Source of the DNA: Eledone cirrhosa | Lineage: Eukaryota | Direction of reading: 5' to 3' | NCBI GenBank assembly: GCA_964016885.1 | Contig: OZ024755.1 | Coordinates: forward strand, 28,520,001-28,584,000 | Length of the DNA stretch: 64,000 nt | Part shown: piece by piece, positions 40,741-53,136 of the stretch | How the letters are laid out: the number at the start of each line of letters is the position of its first letter | How positions within the stretch are numbered: position 1 is the first letter of the stretch | Notes under the pieces: generated by a model | The model's database searches: none | Told to the model about the DNA's origin: nothing | The model's input: the letters and a program-made list of their open reading frames with translations, nothing else | Program-made: the position numbers and the translations under genes

Positions 40741-41261
40741 TACCTATCTTCCGGCTTCTCTAGAGAATCGTGAAAGCACATATCGTTATATGCTTTTTCT
40801 ATGAAAATTAGTAGTGGGCAGACCAATTTGCATAGAGCGTGAGTACGTACCGGTTCAACGGAGACGATAAAAACAAATAACGAAACGAAATTAAATTTCG
40901 TTACAACCGGTTTGTCTGTGTGTCTACATACGGAATAGCTGGACACTCACAGTAAAGTGACCAGTGAAAACTCGGTACATCTACATATGTACACGTGTGT
41001 GTATTCATATGCATACTAGTATTTCAGTATACATATGTGGATGTACATTTTTAACTTAATTGTTTAAGCGTCAGTCATACAAAAGTGAGTTACAAACGAA
41101 ACGAAATTTAATTTCGTTTCGTTATTTGTTTTTATCGTCTCCGTTGAACCGGTACGTACTCACGCTCTATGCAAATTGGTCTGCCCACTACTAATTTTCA
41201 TAGAAAAAGCATATAACGATATGTGCTTTCACGATTCTCTAGAGAAGCCGGAAGATAGGTA

Positions 41262-41306
41262 AATATTGCTGATGAGATGTAACAACATCGAAACTAGTCC
41301 AATATT
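41262..41306 (+). ncRNA. Minimal type I hammerhead ribozyme, copy 5
   Basis: aatattg ctgatga gatgtaacaacatc gaaa ctag tc caatatt on the + strand; predicted cleavage after C41299. Confidence 0.92.
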
Positions 41307-41726
41307 CCTTGTCTGGCTTTCTGGAGAATAGAGGAAAGGTGTTTCCTCAAAAACCAGTATGACTCTAAGAACCGGTTTGTCTGTGTGTCTACATACGGAA
41401 TAGCTGGACACTCACAGTAAAGTGACCAGTGAAAACTCGGTACATCTACATATGTACACGTGTGTGTATTCATATGCATACTAGTATTTCAGTATACATA
41501 TGTGGATGTACATTTTTAACTTAATTGTTTAAGCGTCAGTCATACAAAAGTGAGTTACAAACGAAACGAAATTTAATTTCGTTTCGTTATTTGTTTTTAT
41601 CGTCTCCGTTGAACCGGTACGTACTCACGCTCTATGCAAATTGGTCTGCCCACTACTAATTTTCATAGAAAAAGCATATAACGATATGTGCTTTCACGAT
41701 TCTCTAGAGAAGCCGGAAGATAGGTA

Positions 41727-41771
41727 AATATTGCTGATGAGATGTAACAACATCGAAACTAGTCCAATATT
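41727..41771 (+). ncRNA. Minimal type I hammerhead ribozyme, copy 6
   Basis: Identical to 41262-41306, offset 465 bp. Confidence 0.92.
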
Positions 41772-42191
41772 CCTTGTCTGGCTTTCTGGAGAATAGAGGA
41801 AAGGTGTTTCCTCAAAAACCAGTATGACTCTAAGAACCGGTTTGTCTGTGTGTCTACATACGGAATAGCTGGACACTCACAGTAAAGTGACCAGTGAAAA
41901 CTCGGTACATCTACATATGTACACGTGTGTGTATTCATATGCATACTAGTATTTCAGTATACATATGTGGATGTACATTTTTAACTTAATTGTTTAAGCG
42001 TCAGTCATACAAAAGTGAGTTACAAACGAAACGAAATTTAATTTCGTTTCGTTATTTGTTTTTATCGTCTCCGTTGAACCGGTACGTACTCACGCTCTAT
42101 GCAAATTGGTCTGCCCACTACTAATTTTCATAGAAAAAGCATATAACGATATGTGCTTTCACGATTCTCTAGAGAAGCCGGAAGATAGGTA

Positions 42192-42236
42192 AATATTGCT
42201 GATGAGATGTAACAACATCGAAACTAGTCCAATATT
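42192..42236 (+). ncRNA. Minimal type I hammerhead ribozyme, copy 7
   Basis: Identical to 41262-41306, offset 930 bp. Confidence 0.92.
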
Positions 42237-42457
42237 CCTTGTCTGGCTTTCTGGAGAATAGAGGAAAGGTGTTTCCTCAAAAACCAGTATGACTCTAAGA
42301 ACCGGTTTGTCTGTGTGTCTACATACGGAATAGCTGGACACTCACAGTAAAGTGACCAGTGAAAACTCGGTACATCTACATATGTACACGTGTGTGTATT
42401 CATATGCATACTAGTATTTCAGTATACATATGTGGATGTACATTTTTAACTTAATTG

Positions 42458-42510
<53 letters not shown>

Positions 42511-42513
<3 letters not shown>

Positions 42514-42708
42514 CAAAATGCTAACAAATGAAAAATATTCGCATAATCAAAATATATATAAAGTATATATTTTGATTATGCGAATATTTTTCATTTGTTA
42601 ACATTTTGAATAATATTAAAACCTCCAGGAAAACTGACTTTTGAGTGCTTCTAATCTATTGTAAAATTGTATTCGTTGAGTAATCAACGAACCATACTAA
42701 TCTTTGGT

Positions 42709-42710
<2 letters not shown>
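42511..42710 (+). mobile_element. Fold-back remnant (near-perfect ~48-bp-arm hairpin plus tail)
   Basis: Hairpin at 42511-42611; tail gagtgcttctaatctattgtaaaa resembles 38923-38947. Confidence 0.7.
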
Positions 42711-42790
<80 letters not shown>

Positions 42791-43237
42791 TAAAAAGGTA
42801 TCGTTTAATCCAGCTAGAGGTTATGAGTACTCTGTGTTGAGGATAGTTTTAAAGTACGGTGTTGTTTGACTTAACAAGAAGTTTCCTTAGTCAGGTGGCC
42901 GGTTTAAGAAACTTCCTTGGCAGATGGTTCTTGGAGTAAAAATAGTAAAAGAATGAAGAATAAAACGGTCGGCTGCACAAAATGGGTTTATATATATATA
43001 TATATGGCGTGAAGCAATCCACGGTTTTTATTCATCCGGCGTTTTATTAGAATTAATATGAGAGACCGTTTTATTTTTACGTCCCTATTTTATTCATTAC
43101 ACGAATTTCGAAGATGTAAGGTATTATATATTTACTGTTTACACGTTCTCTTGAGACAAATATACAAAGGAGATGTAAAATACCTTTGATATGTTACCAG
43201 TAGGACGTGTTAGTCACTTCAACGACCAATACACATG

Positions 43238-43630
43238 TATTGGCAGTATCGGTAGAAAGTCGGGCGCCATGCTTTGACGCATAGAGTTACAACCCTTTGC
43301 GTTCTGAGTTTAAATCTCGCCGAGGTTAACTTTGCCTTTCACCCTTACGGGGTCGATAAAATAAAGTACCAGTAATGCACTGGGTTATTGCTGGCTTTGT
43401 GTCAAAAGTAGAAACAATTATTAAATATATACATGATGGTGGTTTAGCAGTGTAGGGAGAGCGTTAGACGCCATGCTTTGCAATATAGAGTTACAGCCTT
43501 TGCGTTCTGAGTTCAAATCCCGCCGAGGTTAATTTTGCCTTTCATCATTACGGGGTCGATAAAATAAATAAAGCACCAGTAATGCTCTGGGGTAATTGCT
43601 GGCCGTGTGCCAAAAGTAGAAACAATTATA
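43238..43630 (+). mobile_element. Two S1 SINE copies
   Basis: S1 blocks. Confidence 0.85.
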
Positions 43631-43650
43631 TATATATATATATATATATA

Positions 43651-43809
43651 ACAAAAGAATTGTGGTAAGGAACCAGATGGAACATAACGCACCAGAGTAC
43701 TCAATACTTAGGGTAGTTGAGTGGGAAATAGGAAAAAGTATGACTAAAATTTTAGTCCAGAAATAGCCGTCGAAACGGCTAGAGCTCTGCCGTCAGGGTC
43801 ATACTTTTT

Positions 43810-43813
<4 letters not shown>
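43651..43813 (-). mobile_element. Penelope-like P1 fold-back copy with one arm deleted
   Basis: P1 tail plus tagccgtcgaaacggc arm; TA-flanked. Confidence 0.75.
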
Positions 43814-43862
<49 letters not shown>

Positions 43863-43871
43863 GGACACACT

Positions 43872-44026
43872 AGAAGAGGAAGACCAAGGTTAACGTATGT
43901 TGATGCCCTAAGGACAGACACTGGTCTGTTGGAGACGCAGGACATGGCAGCGATAATGGGAGACAGAGACCGCTGGAGAGAACTCGTCCATGGATCTCGG
44001 GAATTTTACCCGCCTTAGATAGATAG

Positions 44027-44028
<2 letters not shown>
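43872..44028 (+). mobile_element. RTE LINE 3' end with (TAGA)n tail
   Basis: Near-identical to 26313-26460. Confidence 0.85.
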
Positions 44029-44059
<31 letters not shown>

Positions 44060-44299
44060 TACACACGTGTGTGTGTGTGTGTGTGGTTAAAGATACCATT
44101 TATTTGATAAAACAGTTGTTTAAGATGCCAGGTGATCGGATCGAACGCAGAATGCCATGATTGCGAAGCATACACTTTAGCCATTCCACCATAACTGTGT
44201 CGGAATATAGAAGATGTAGAGCTTCAAGCAGTACAGGAAATATTGACTGAAATTCACCTTTCATCAGCATCGTTACCATCCTCCATATAGTAACCTTCG

Positions 44300-45590
44300 C
44301 TACCACCACCACCACCACATGCAGCAACTTCAGCTACAATACCTTCTAGCGTCAACTGCACCACCACCACCACCACCACCACCACTACCACCACCACGAC
44401 CACGACGACCACCACGACCACCATCACCACCACCACCACTACGACCACCATCACGACCACGACGACCACTACCACCACGGCCACCACGACCACCATCCCC
44501 CCCCCCCCCCACCCCCCACCACCATCACCACTACCACCACTACCACCACCACCACGACCAGCATCACGACCACGACGACGACCACGACGACGACCACCAT
44601 CACCACCGCCACCACCATCACCACCAACACCACCAGCACCACCACTACCACCACCACCACGACCAGCATCACGACCACGACGACGACCACCATCACCACC
44701 ATCACAACGATCACCACCACCATCACCATCACCACCACCACTACCACCACGACCAGCATCACGACCACGACGACGACCACCATCACCACCATCACAACGA
44801 TCACCACCACCATCACCATCACCACCACCACTACCACCACGACCAGCATCACGACCACGACGACGACCACCATCACCACCATCACAACGATCACCACCAC
44901 CATCACCATCACCACCACCACTACCACCACGACCAGCATCACGACCACGACGACGACCACCATCACCACCATCACAACGATCACCACCACCACTACCACC
45001 ACGACCAGCATCACGACCACGACGACGACCACCATCACCACCATCACAACGATCACCACCACCATCACCATCACCACCACCACTACCACCACGACCAGCA
45101 TCACGACCACGACGACGACCACCATCACCACCATCACAACGATCACCATCACCACCACCGCCACAGCCACCACCACCACCGCCGCCGCCACCACGACCAC
45201 GACGACCAGGACCACCACCACTACCATCACGACCACCACCACGACGACCATCACCACCATCATCATTGACATCGTTATCATTATCACCACCACCACCACT
45301 ACCACCACCATCACGACCACGACCACGACCACGACGACCATCACCACCACCACCACCGCCATCACCACGACCACGACCACGACGACGACCACCACGACGA
45401 CGACGACGACCACCACCACCACCACCACTACCATCACGACCACCACCACGACGACGACCACCACCACGACGACGACCACCACCACTACCATCACGACCAC
45501 CACCACCACTACCATCACGACGACCACCACCACCACCATCACCACCATCACCATCACCATCGTCATCATTATCACCAACACCACCGCCAG
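44300..45590. repeat. (CAC/CAT/GAC)n trinucleotide tract with 90-bp higher-order repeats
   Basis: Unit translating as HHDQHHDHDDDHHHHHHNDHHHHHHHHHHY repeated about 6 times between 44650 and 45150. Confidence 0.9.
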
Positions 45591-45889
45591 CATTGTCAAC
45601 ACCTTAATCAGGTTTCGCTCAATGACGTCACCGTCACGACTGACAACTCCGTTCATAACAATGGCATTGATCACATGACAGCCTAATCTAATGTTTATAG
45701 AATCAGAAAATATAGCGGCCTCTTATTAGTGAAGCTGTGGCAGTTTGGACAATTGTATTTGTGTGTTAGCATTTAAGGATCACAAAAAATATACACATAC
45801 ATTATATACACACATATATGTATGCATACTTATTTTTTATGTGTATATATATATATATATATGCGTATATATATATATATATATATTTC

Positions 45890-46106
45890 TAGACGATCGA
45901 ATTTCGTCAAATCGGACCGAGGGAACAATGTTTCCGTTGGTCTTTCCAATTGCTAATACTATCTATCGGTCGCAACTCCAGGTAGAAGGAGCAACGTGAA
46001 ATAAAGTGTCTTGCTCAAGGACATAACGCATTGCCTGGTCCAGGAATCGAACTCACAAACTTACGATTGCGAATCCAATTCTCTAACCACTCAGCCACAC
46101 GCCTTC
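45890..46106 (-). mobile_element. CORE-like tRNA SINE
   Basis: gagcaacgtgaaataaagtgtcttgctcaagg...gaatcgaactc...ctaaccactcagccacacgcc; related to 4753-5008. Confidence 0.8.
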
Positions 46107-46147
46107 ACTACCATCACCATCATCACCACCGCCACCACCATCACCAC

Positions 46148-46743
<596 letters not shown>

Positions 46744-47084
46744 TAGAGATATATATAAGGGGGCTGGAATGGTAGTTATCGGTTAAAAGTTGGACAAAAA
46801 TCTTGTAGTATTTATTTTTGATATTCTGTACTAACTTCTGGTTCTCCCAGGGTTAACATTGCATGTAACCTTTCCAATTCCGATAAAATATAGTACCAGC
46901 TAAATATTGGGGTACATATAATCGATATTCCTTTCGCCCAAAATTGCCCTGTCTCTGTTTATTTTATAAAGAATTACGTCTTTGTTTGTAAATCTAAGCC
47001 TTCTACAAAACACACGCACTTACATAGAGATACACACATTATATATATGTATATATATAATGTGTGTATATATGTATATATATA

Positions 47085-47278
47085 AGGGCGGTGTATTGGC
47101 AGTATCGGTAGAGGGTCAGACGCCATGCTTTGCAGCAAAGAGTTACGGCCCTTTGTGGTCTGAGTTCAAATCCCGCCGAGGTTAACTTTGCCTTTCATCC
47201 TTCCGGGGTCGATAAAATAAAGTACCAGTAATACACTGGTTAATTGCTGGCCTTGTGCCAAAAGTAGAAACAATTATA
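47085..47278 (+). mobile_element. S1 SINE
   Basis: Full head plus domain. Confidence 0.9.
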
Positions 47279-47306
47279 TATATGTATATATATATATATA
47301 TATATA

Positions 47307-47733
47307 ACGAAGGAAATGTGGTAAGGAACCAGGTGGACCATAACGCACCAAAGTACTCAATACTTGAGGTAGTAGAGTGGGTAATAGGAACCAGTAAGAC
47401 CCCGACAGCTGAGCTCAAGCCGTTTCGACGGCTATTTCTGGACTCAGAGTCCAGAAATAGCCGTCGAAACGGCTTGAGCTCAGCTGTCGGGGTCTTACTG
47501 GTTCCTATATATATATATATATATATATATATAACAAAGGAATTGTTGTGGTAAGGAAGCAGATGGACCATAACGCACCAGAGTACTCAATACTTAGGGT
47601 AGTAGAGTGGGAAATAGGAAACAGTATGACCCCGACGGCAGAGCTCAAGCCGTTTTTACGGCTATTTCTGGACTCTGAGTCCAGAAATAGCCGTCGAAAC
47701 GGCTTGAGCTCTGCCGTCGGGGTCATACTTTTT

Positions 47734-47736
<3 letters not shown>
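47307..47736 (-). mobile_element. Two P1 fold-back copies (47307-47506, 47533-47736)
   Basis: Each has the P1 tail and a near-perfect ~60-bp-arm hairpin; the two are separated by (TA)n. Confidence 0.85.
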
Positions 47737-47768
<32 letters not shown>

Positions 47769-48311
47769 AATGTTTATAGATGAGGTAATTCCATACATGA
47801 AGTAGAAACGTCTTTATTAGATGTACACAAAACATACACATACCCCCCCCCACACACACACCACTCTCTATCTGTGACAACTCTCATCCCTCTTCTCCTT
47901 CACCTCATCCTATCAAATCCCATCATATTTGGCATACCCACGTGACATCAGCCTTTAGCTTTCACCCTCACATTAACTTCGTAATCCCTACCAGATTTAT
48001 GTAAGTTTTCAAACTTGTTATCACCCCCTCACATACTCTGATATATACCACAATATTTGTCATACACATATGGACTCATACACACTCACGCCATTCCAAC
48101 GTTCATCCCCCGCCTCACACCACTTCCTTAAACCCAAATATAATTTCATACACCTAGGGCAACTTACTTCTCATTCTCTGTCATCACCGCAGGCATAACT
48201 TCATAGTTGCCATCCTTCCTACACTTTTCACACCCCCTAAATACCGCTGCCAGGGGACAAATCATCAACCACTCTCCTTAGGATAGAGAGCACTCTTCAG
48301 TGTAGTTATGC

Positions 48312-48825
48312 ACGGCAGTATTGGTAGAGAGTCGGACGCCATGCTTTGACGCATAGAGTTACGGCCCTTGCTATTCTGAATTCAAATCCCGCCGAGGTTA
48401 ACTTTGCCTTTCATCCTTACGGGGTCGATACAATAAAGTACCAGTAATACACTGGGTAATTGCTGGCCTTGTGCCTAACATAGAAACAATTATTATAACA
48501 AGGGCGGTTGATTGGCAGTATCGGTAGAGGGTCGGACGCCATGCTTTGACGTATAGAGTTACGGCCCTTGCCATTCCGAGGTTAACTTTGCCTTTCATTC
48601 TTACGGGGTGGATAAAATAAAGTACCAGTAATGCACTGGGTAATTGCTGGCCTTGTGCCAAAAGTAGAAACAATTATTATGACAAATGGTTGCGGCCCTT
48701 TTGTGGTCTGAGTTCAAATCCCGCCGAGGTTAACTTTTATCCTTACGGGGGTCGATAAAATAAAATACCAGTAATTCACTGGGGTAATTGCTGGCCTTGT
48801 GCCAAAAGTATAAACAACTATTATG
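48312..48825 (+). mobile_element. Three S1 SINE copies
   Basis: S1 blocks. Confidence 0.85.
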
Positions 48826-49128
48826 ACAAATACTAAATCTAAAACCACAATCTCTGCTCTCGAACTCATTTTTTATTAAGATAAATGTAGATCCACTTGC
48901 TTCTTCAATTGCCTTCATTTTAAATGTCCCACATAGTACAACAGTGCCATTGGGGTGAAGAATACTACAATTCTTCATTTTTGTTATACTTCATCCAATC
49001 TATCCAATTACTTTCCAATGCAGATGTAACACATCCTTGTGTTTAAAATTGCGTTGTTTATATTTGTATTTCGGATGTTGTTGTGATTATCAAATTGGCA
49101 CCCTATGTATATGGCTTCTAGAGATGTA

Positions 49129-50510
49129 TGTCGCAATGACCCAGGTGACGTTTGCTACATTTGTGGAGAATAAGCATTGAAGGGCTGTAGGGGAAACATC
49201 ACCACACTCATATTAGCAAGATACACGGATTACTTTAAAATGGAACTTGCAAATGTTACAGTGATCAGCTTCCCTTGTGGTCCAGTGGCATGCTCAAGCA
49301 AAGACCATTTGCCACCCCATTAGCATGGCGAGAGGAAACCAACTATTCTACTGATTCCCATGATTGCATTACTAATGTTGGGGGATTCAATAAGAAATCT
49401 GCAAAGTACACCAAGTATTCTAATTTGTCATCTGTCATAAGATGACGGACATGTGAAGATGATATTCCTCCTGTGCCAAGCAAAGAAGCATTGTGTTGAG
49501 TCAGATGATGATTCAGTTTCACTGAATAAAGGACAAGGATTTTAAAATGATTTGTTCATAAAATTATTCAAAAACAAGTGAATCATTTTGTTCGAATTTT
49601 GGGACTTTATAAGAATGATGCTAGCCTGGCTGGGCAATGTTCAATTGATTCGGTGTCTTAGCACAAGGAATAAAATAACAACGCAAACGCACCGAGATAA
49701 GAATTTGTTGAATTTGTCAACACACATGATAAACTGGATGTGGTTGACAAGAATTGGTTTGATGATGGCACTAGGAATTTTCTCTGATATCAAGACAGAT
49801 TGGTGCTTATAGGGATTTCCGTCGGTTATTCGAGGAAGGCAAAAGTGACATACGAAACTATGAAGATGTTACTTTCCGTGACCAGGTATGATGATTTAAA
49901 GTCGAAAGCTGAATATGACTTAAAGATCATTTAAATGTTTTTTAACTAGGTTTTGCTGCTTCTTGTGACTGGGGCATAGTTGGGCTTCAAATGGATACTA
50001 TAGTCGACAGGACCATTAGTTTCTACTGGGGTAATTGTGGTACCGCCACATCATAGTAAACGTGGTATCTTCAAATATTTTGTGCAGTGATTGGAACTTG
50101 AAGGTCAAGCAATTAAGTTGCTGCAACTAATGAAGGTCCTTGATTAAGCGTAGGAAGATTATCGAATCGGTGTTCGTTTAGCCAGACACTCGTAAGTAGA
50201 TGCAGAATCTGATGTGCCGATATTTATTGAAAGAAGCTGAACAAGCTTATGATGCTGTGTTAAAAACAGCTGGAAACTTTCTGGGAAAGAACCGAAGCCC
50301 GAATTACGAAACAATAATAGTTGATCTCAAATGATTCAATGCACAATGTTACAATGCACTTTTTAAAGAGTCACTTGGATTTCTTTTCTATGGACAAGGG
50401 TAAGATTAGTGATCAGGGTGATGAAAGATGTCATCATGTGATCACTACTGTTGAAACAAGATACCAATGGTGAGCCTATTTTCAACTGAAGGCAGACTTT
50501 TGCCGGCTTC
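49129..50510 (+). pseudogene. Chapaev3-like (CMC superfamily) transposase relic
   Basis: CRNDPGDVCYICGE; PFATP/LAWREETNYSTD..C; KYSNLSSVIR; SHLDFFSMDKGKISDQGDERCHH...ETRYQ; ADFC. These match the family motifs FCYICG, WREP, YPNL.SA and SDEQGERFHQD...RYQG; many stops. Confidence 0.7.
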
Positions 50511-51318
50511 CCTTTTCTTGAAAACTATGTTATTCATCTTGAAAATAAAGTCACAGGTGTAACTATTTGTTGTAAGTATATATTGTTATATTAACAGCGA
50601 TTAATTTTAGTTTCGTAATTTATCAAATTACATGCAATACTCACAAGATGAAACCATTTTTGTCTTTTGTTTTTTTTGTAGACGTAGTACATGTGGGATA
50701 TTGTGTAGATCAAAATGTAAACGTGATGGAGTAAAACCGATTTCATAGTCATAAAAAACTCCCTAATACTCTTAATATCATCTAAAGTTATGTTTGCTAA
50801 CAATAATATTGTCATGCAGTATTATTGGTGAATTTCGTGCCGAAACAATTCGAATAAACTTTACAATAGCCGTCTCAACAGTTACCCACAAATCCATTTC
50901 GATTCCAACAATATGGACAGAAGAAAGTGTTGTGCCAAACAATACTGATACATAAAACTGTTTTATCTGGTGGAAGAAAATACAACGAAATATTTGTGAC
51001 AGCAACACTGCTGAGACGAAAATTTGTGACAGTGTTGCTTAATTACAGAAAAAAACATGTTCTGATTTTGAGACCTAAGTGCTTGTCAAAATATTTCTTA
51101 TTTTACGTGCTGCCGATGAAACTGAACAAGAGCTGTGGACAGCTATCCACTCCAACTACGAGCTAAATAACCTCACCAACGCGTAATTGCCCAAGTGTGG
51201 TGAGTACGGCTACAATCTTGCCATGACCAAAACCAAACAGAAATCGGTGGATATCAACCGGTGAGGGGTTCCTCCAACAGGAGTGAAATGTCCCTGAATT
51301 GGACTAAAATAATCAGAA

Positions 51319-51478
51319 ATAATTGTTTCTACTTTAGGCACAAGGCCAGCAATTACCCAGTGCATTACTGGTACTTTATTTTATCGACCCCGTAAGGATG
51401 AAAGGCAAAGTCAACCTCGGCGGGATTTGAACTTAGATCGTAAAGGGACGTAACTATGCTGGAAAGCATGGCGTCCGA
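51319..51478 (-). mobile_element. S1 SINE (5' truncated)
   Basis: S1 block. Confidence 0.85.
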
Positions 51479-51739
51479 TGAGACACTGTCTTCTCCCGAT
51501 AATCCGTTTCAGATATTTGAAAATCATAGAGAATTATTCTGCTTCTATTGCAGTGCAGAGTATTGCATATGGAAGCATATCTAAAGGTCTTTCGATTCCA
51601 GAATCGGGTTCGATCACTAATAGATCGTTCCTCGAGCTCGAGCTGATCGACAGTGAAACATATGTAATATATTAATAAATATGTTATGATGCAACACTGA
51701 TTCTTTCTTCCTTTATGTATATATACTTATATGTGTGTT

Positions 51740-51783
<44 letters not shown>

Positions 51784-51973
51784 AGTGTGTGTGTGTGTGT
51801 GTGTGTGTTGGTGTGCGTGGGTGTGACAGTTTTCTGCACAGACATTCCGTTTAAAATTCCATTCGAAGATCATTGGTCAACCCAAGTTGATATCATAAGA
51901 CAGATGCCGAAAGTGTCAGGCAGTCGGACATAAGCCAGAACTGCGTCGTAAAAGAGCGAAATTCTTAACTGGA

Positions 51974-52033
<60 letters not shown>

Positions 52034-52087
52034 ACACACACACACACACGCACACACACACACGCACACACACGCAAACACACACAC

Positions 52088-52138
<51 letters not shown>

Positions 52139-52484
52139 AACACACAGACACACAGACACACACACACAGACACAGACACACATATATATATATATTTATA
52201 TATATTCATACACACAGCACGTCGCAGATTGAATTCCTACAGCAAAAACACATTCATGTATATATATATATATATATATATGTATATGTGTGAGTGTGTG
52301 TGTGTGTGTTTGTGTGTGTGAATCCGGAGGAATTCAATCTGTACCCTGCTGCATGTATGAATGTATATTAAAAATGTACCATATGATGATGTGAAAAACA
52401 AGAGGATTGAGCGAGTCAGAAAGAAGTACATCCTAGTTGTCAGCTGTTGCGGCCTTTTTAAGTGTCGGTAGTTTTTAGGCATGC

Positions 52485-52523
52485 GCCCGTGCACATGTAC
52501 TCACACACACATACACATAAACA

Positions 52524-52561
<38 letters not shown>

Positions 52562-52853
52562 TAAACACACGCATAAACACACACACACACGCACACACAC
52601 ACACACATACACGTGATGAAGTTTCACTTTGATATATTTTTTGGCATTTCAAACGTTACATGTCTTTCACAGATGTTTGGCTCGGTGAAATATTGTACAA
52701 TTCACTTCATTGCTATAAAAGTAATTCATTTTAATATATCAAATTAACAAAGAAAATTTAGTTGGATTTTTTTTTTCAAGTTTCTGTTCAAGCAGTTTGA
52801 GCCCCCGTGCACATGTACTCACGCACACATACACATAAACACACACATAAACA

Positions 52854-52885
<32 letters not shown>

Positions 52886-52997
52886 TACACATAAACACAC
52901 GCATAAACACACACACACATACACGTGATGAAGTTTCACTTTGATATATTTTTTGGCATTTCAAACGTTACATGTCTTTCACAGATGTTTGGCTCGG
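52485..52997. repeat. ~200-bp direct duplication separated by ~120 bp
   Basis: cccgtgcacatgtactcac...gatgtttggctcgg occurs twice. Confidence 0.85.
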
Positions 52998-53136
52998 GTT
53001 CTTTGTTGATATGATATACCCGACTTCAATATCAATCTGCTCATCTCACTTGTGGATTCAAATGGAAATATTGTTTTGTCAATGGGACAACCGACATCGA
53101 ACTGATATATACGTACATATATACATACATACATAC

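Larger units (their letters stand above)
39008..42459. mobile_element. Hammerhead-containing 465-bp tandem repeat array (non-LTR retrozyme / Penelope-pLTR-like concatemer) arranged as two head-to-head arms
   Basis: Left arm 39008-40902 is about 4.1 units (starts at 39008, 39473, 39938, 40403, 40868). Right arm 40905-42459 is about 3.3 units, reverse-complemented. Units look identical by eye and the ORF track repeats exactly every 465 bp. One HHR per full unit; (TA)n on both outer sides. Confidence 0.9.

Noticed and set aside
39128-42409. Repeated 60- and 61-aa ORFs as a tandem gene family
   Set aside because: Short, overlapping, no recognisable domain, one with a GTG start, and antisense to the ribozyme strand; a by-product of the repeat.
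39008-42459. CRISPR array or ordinary satellite
   Set aside because: No unique spacers and the context is eukaryotic; the complete hammerhead per unit and TA-embedded ends favour a retro-derived array.
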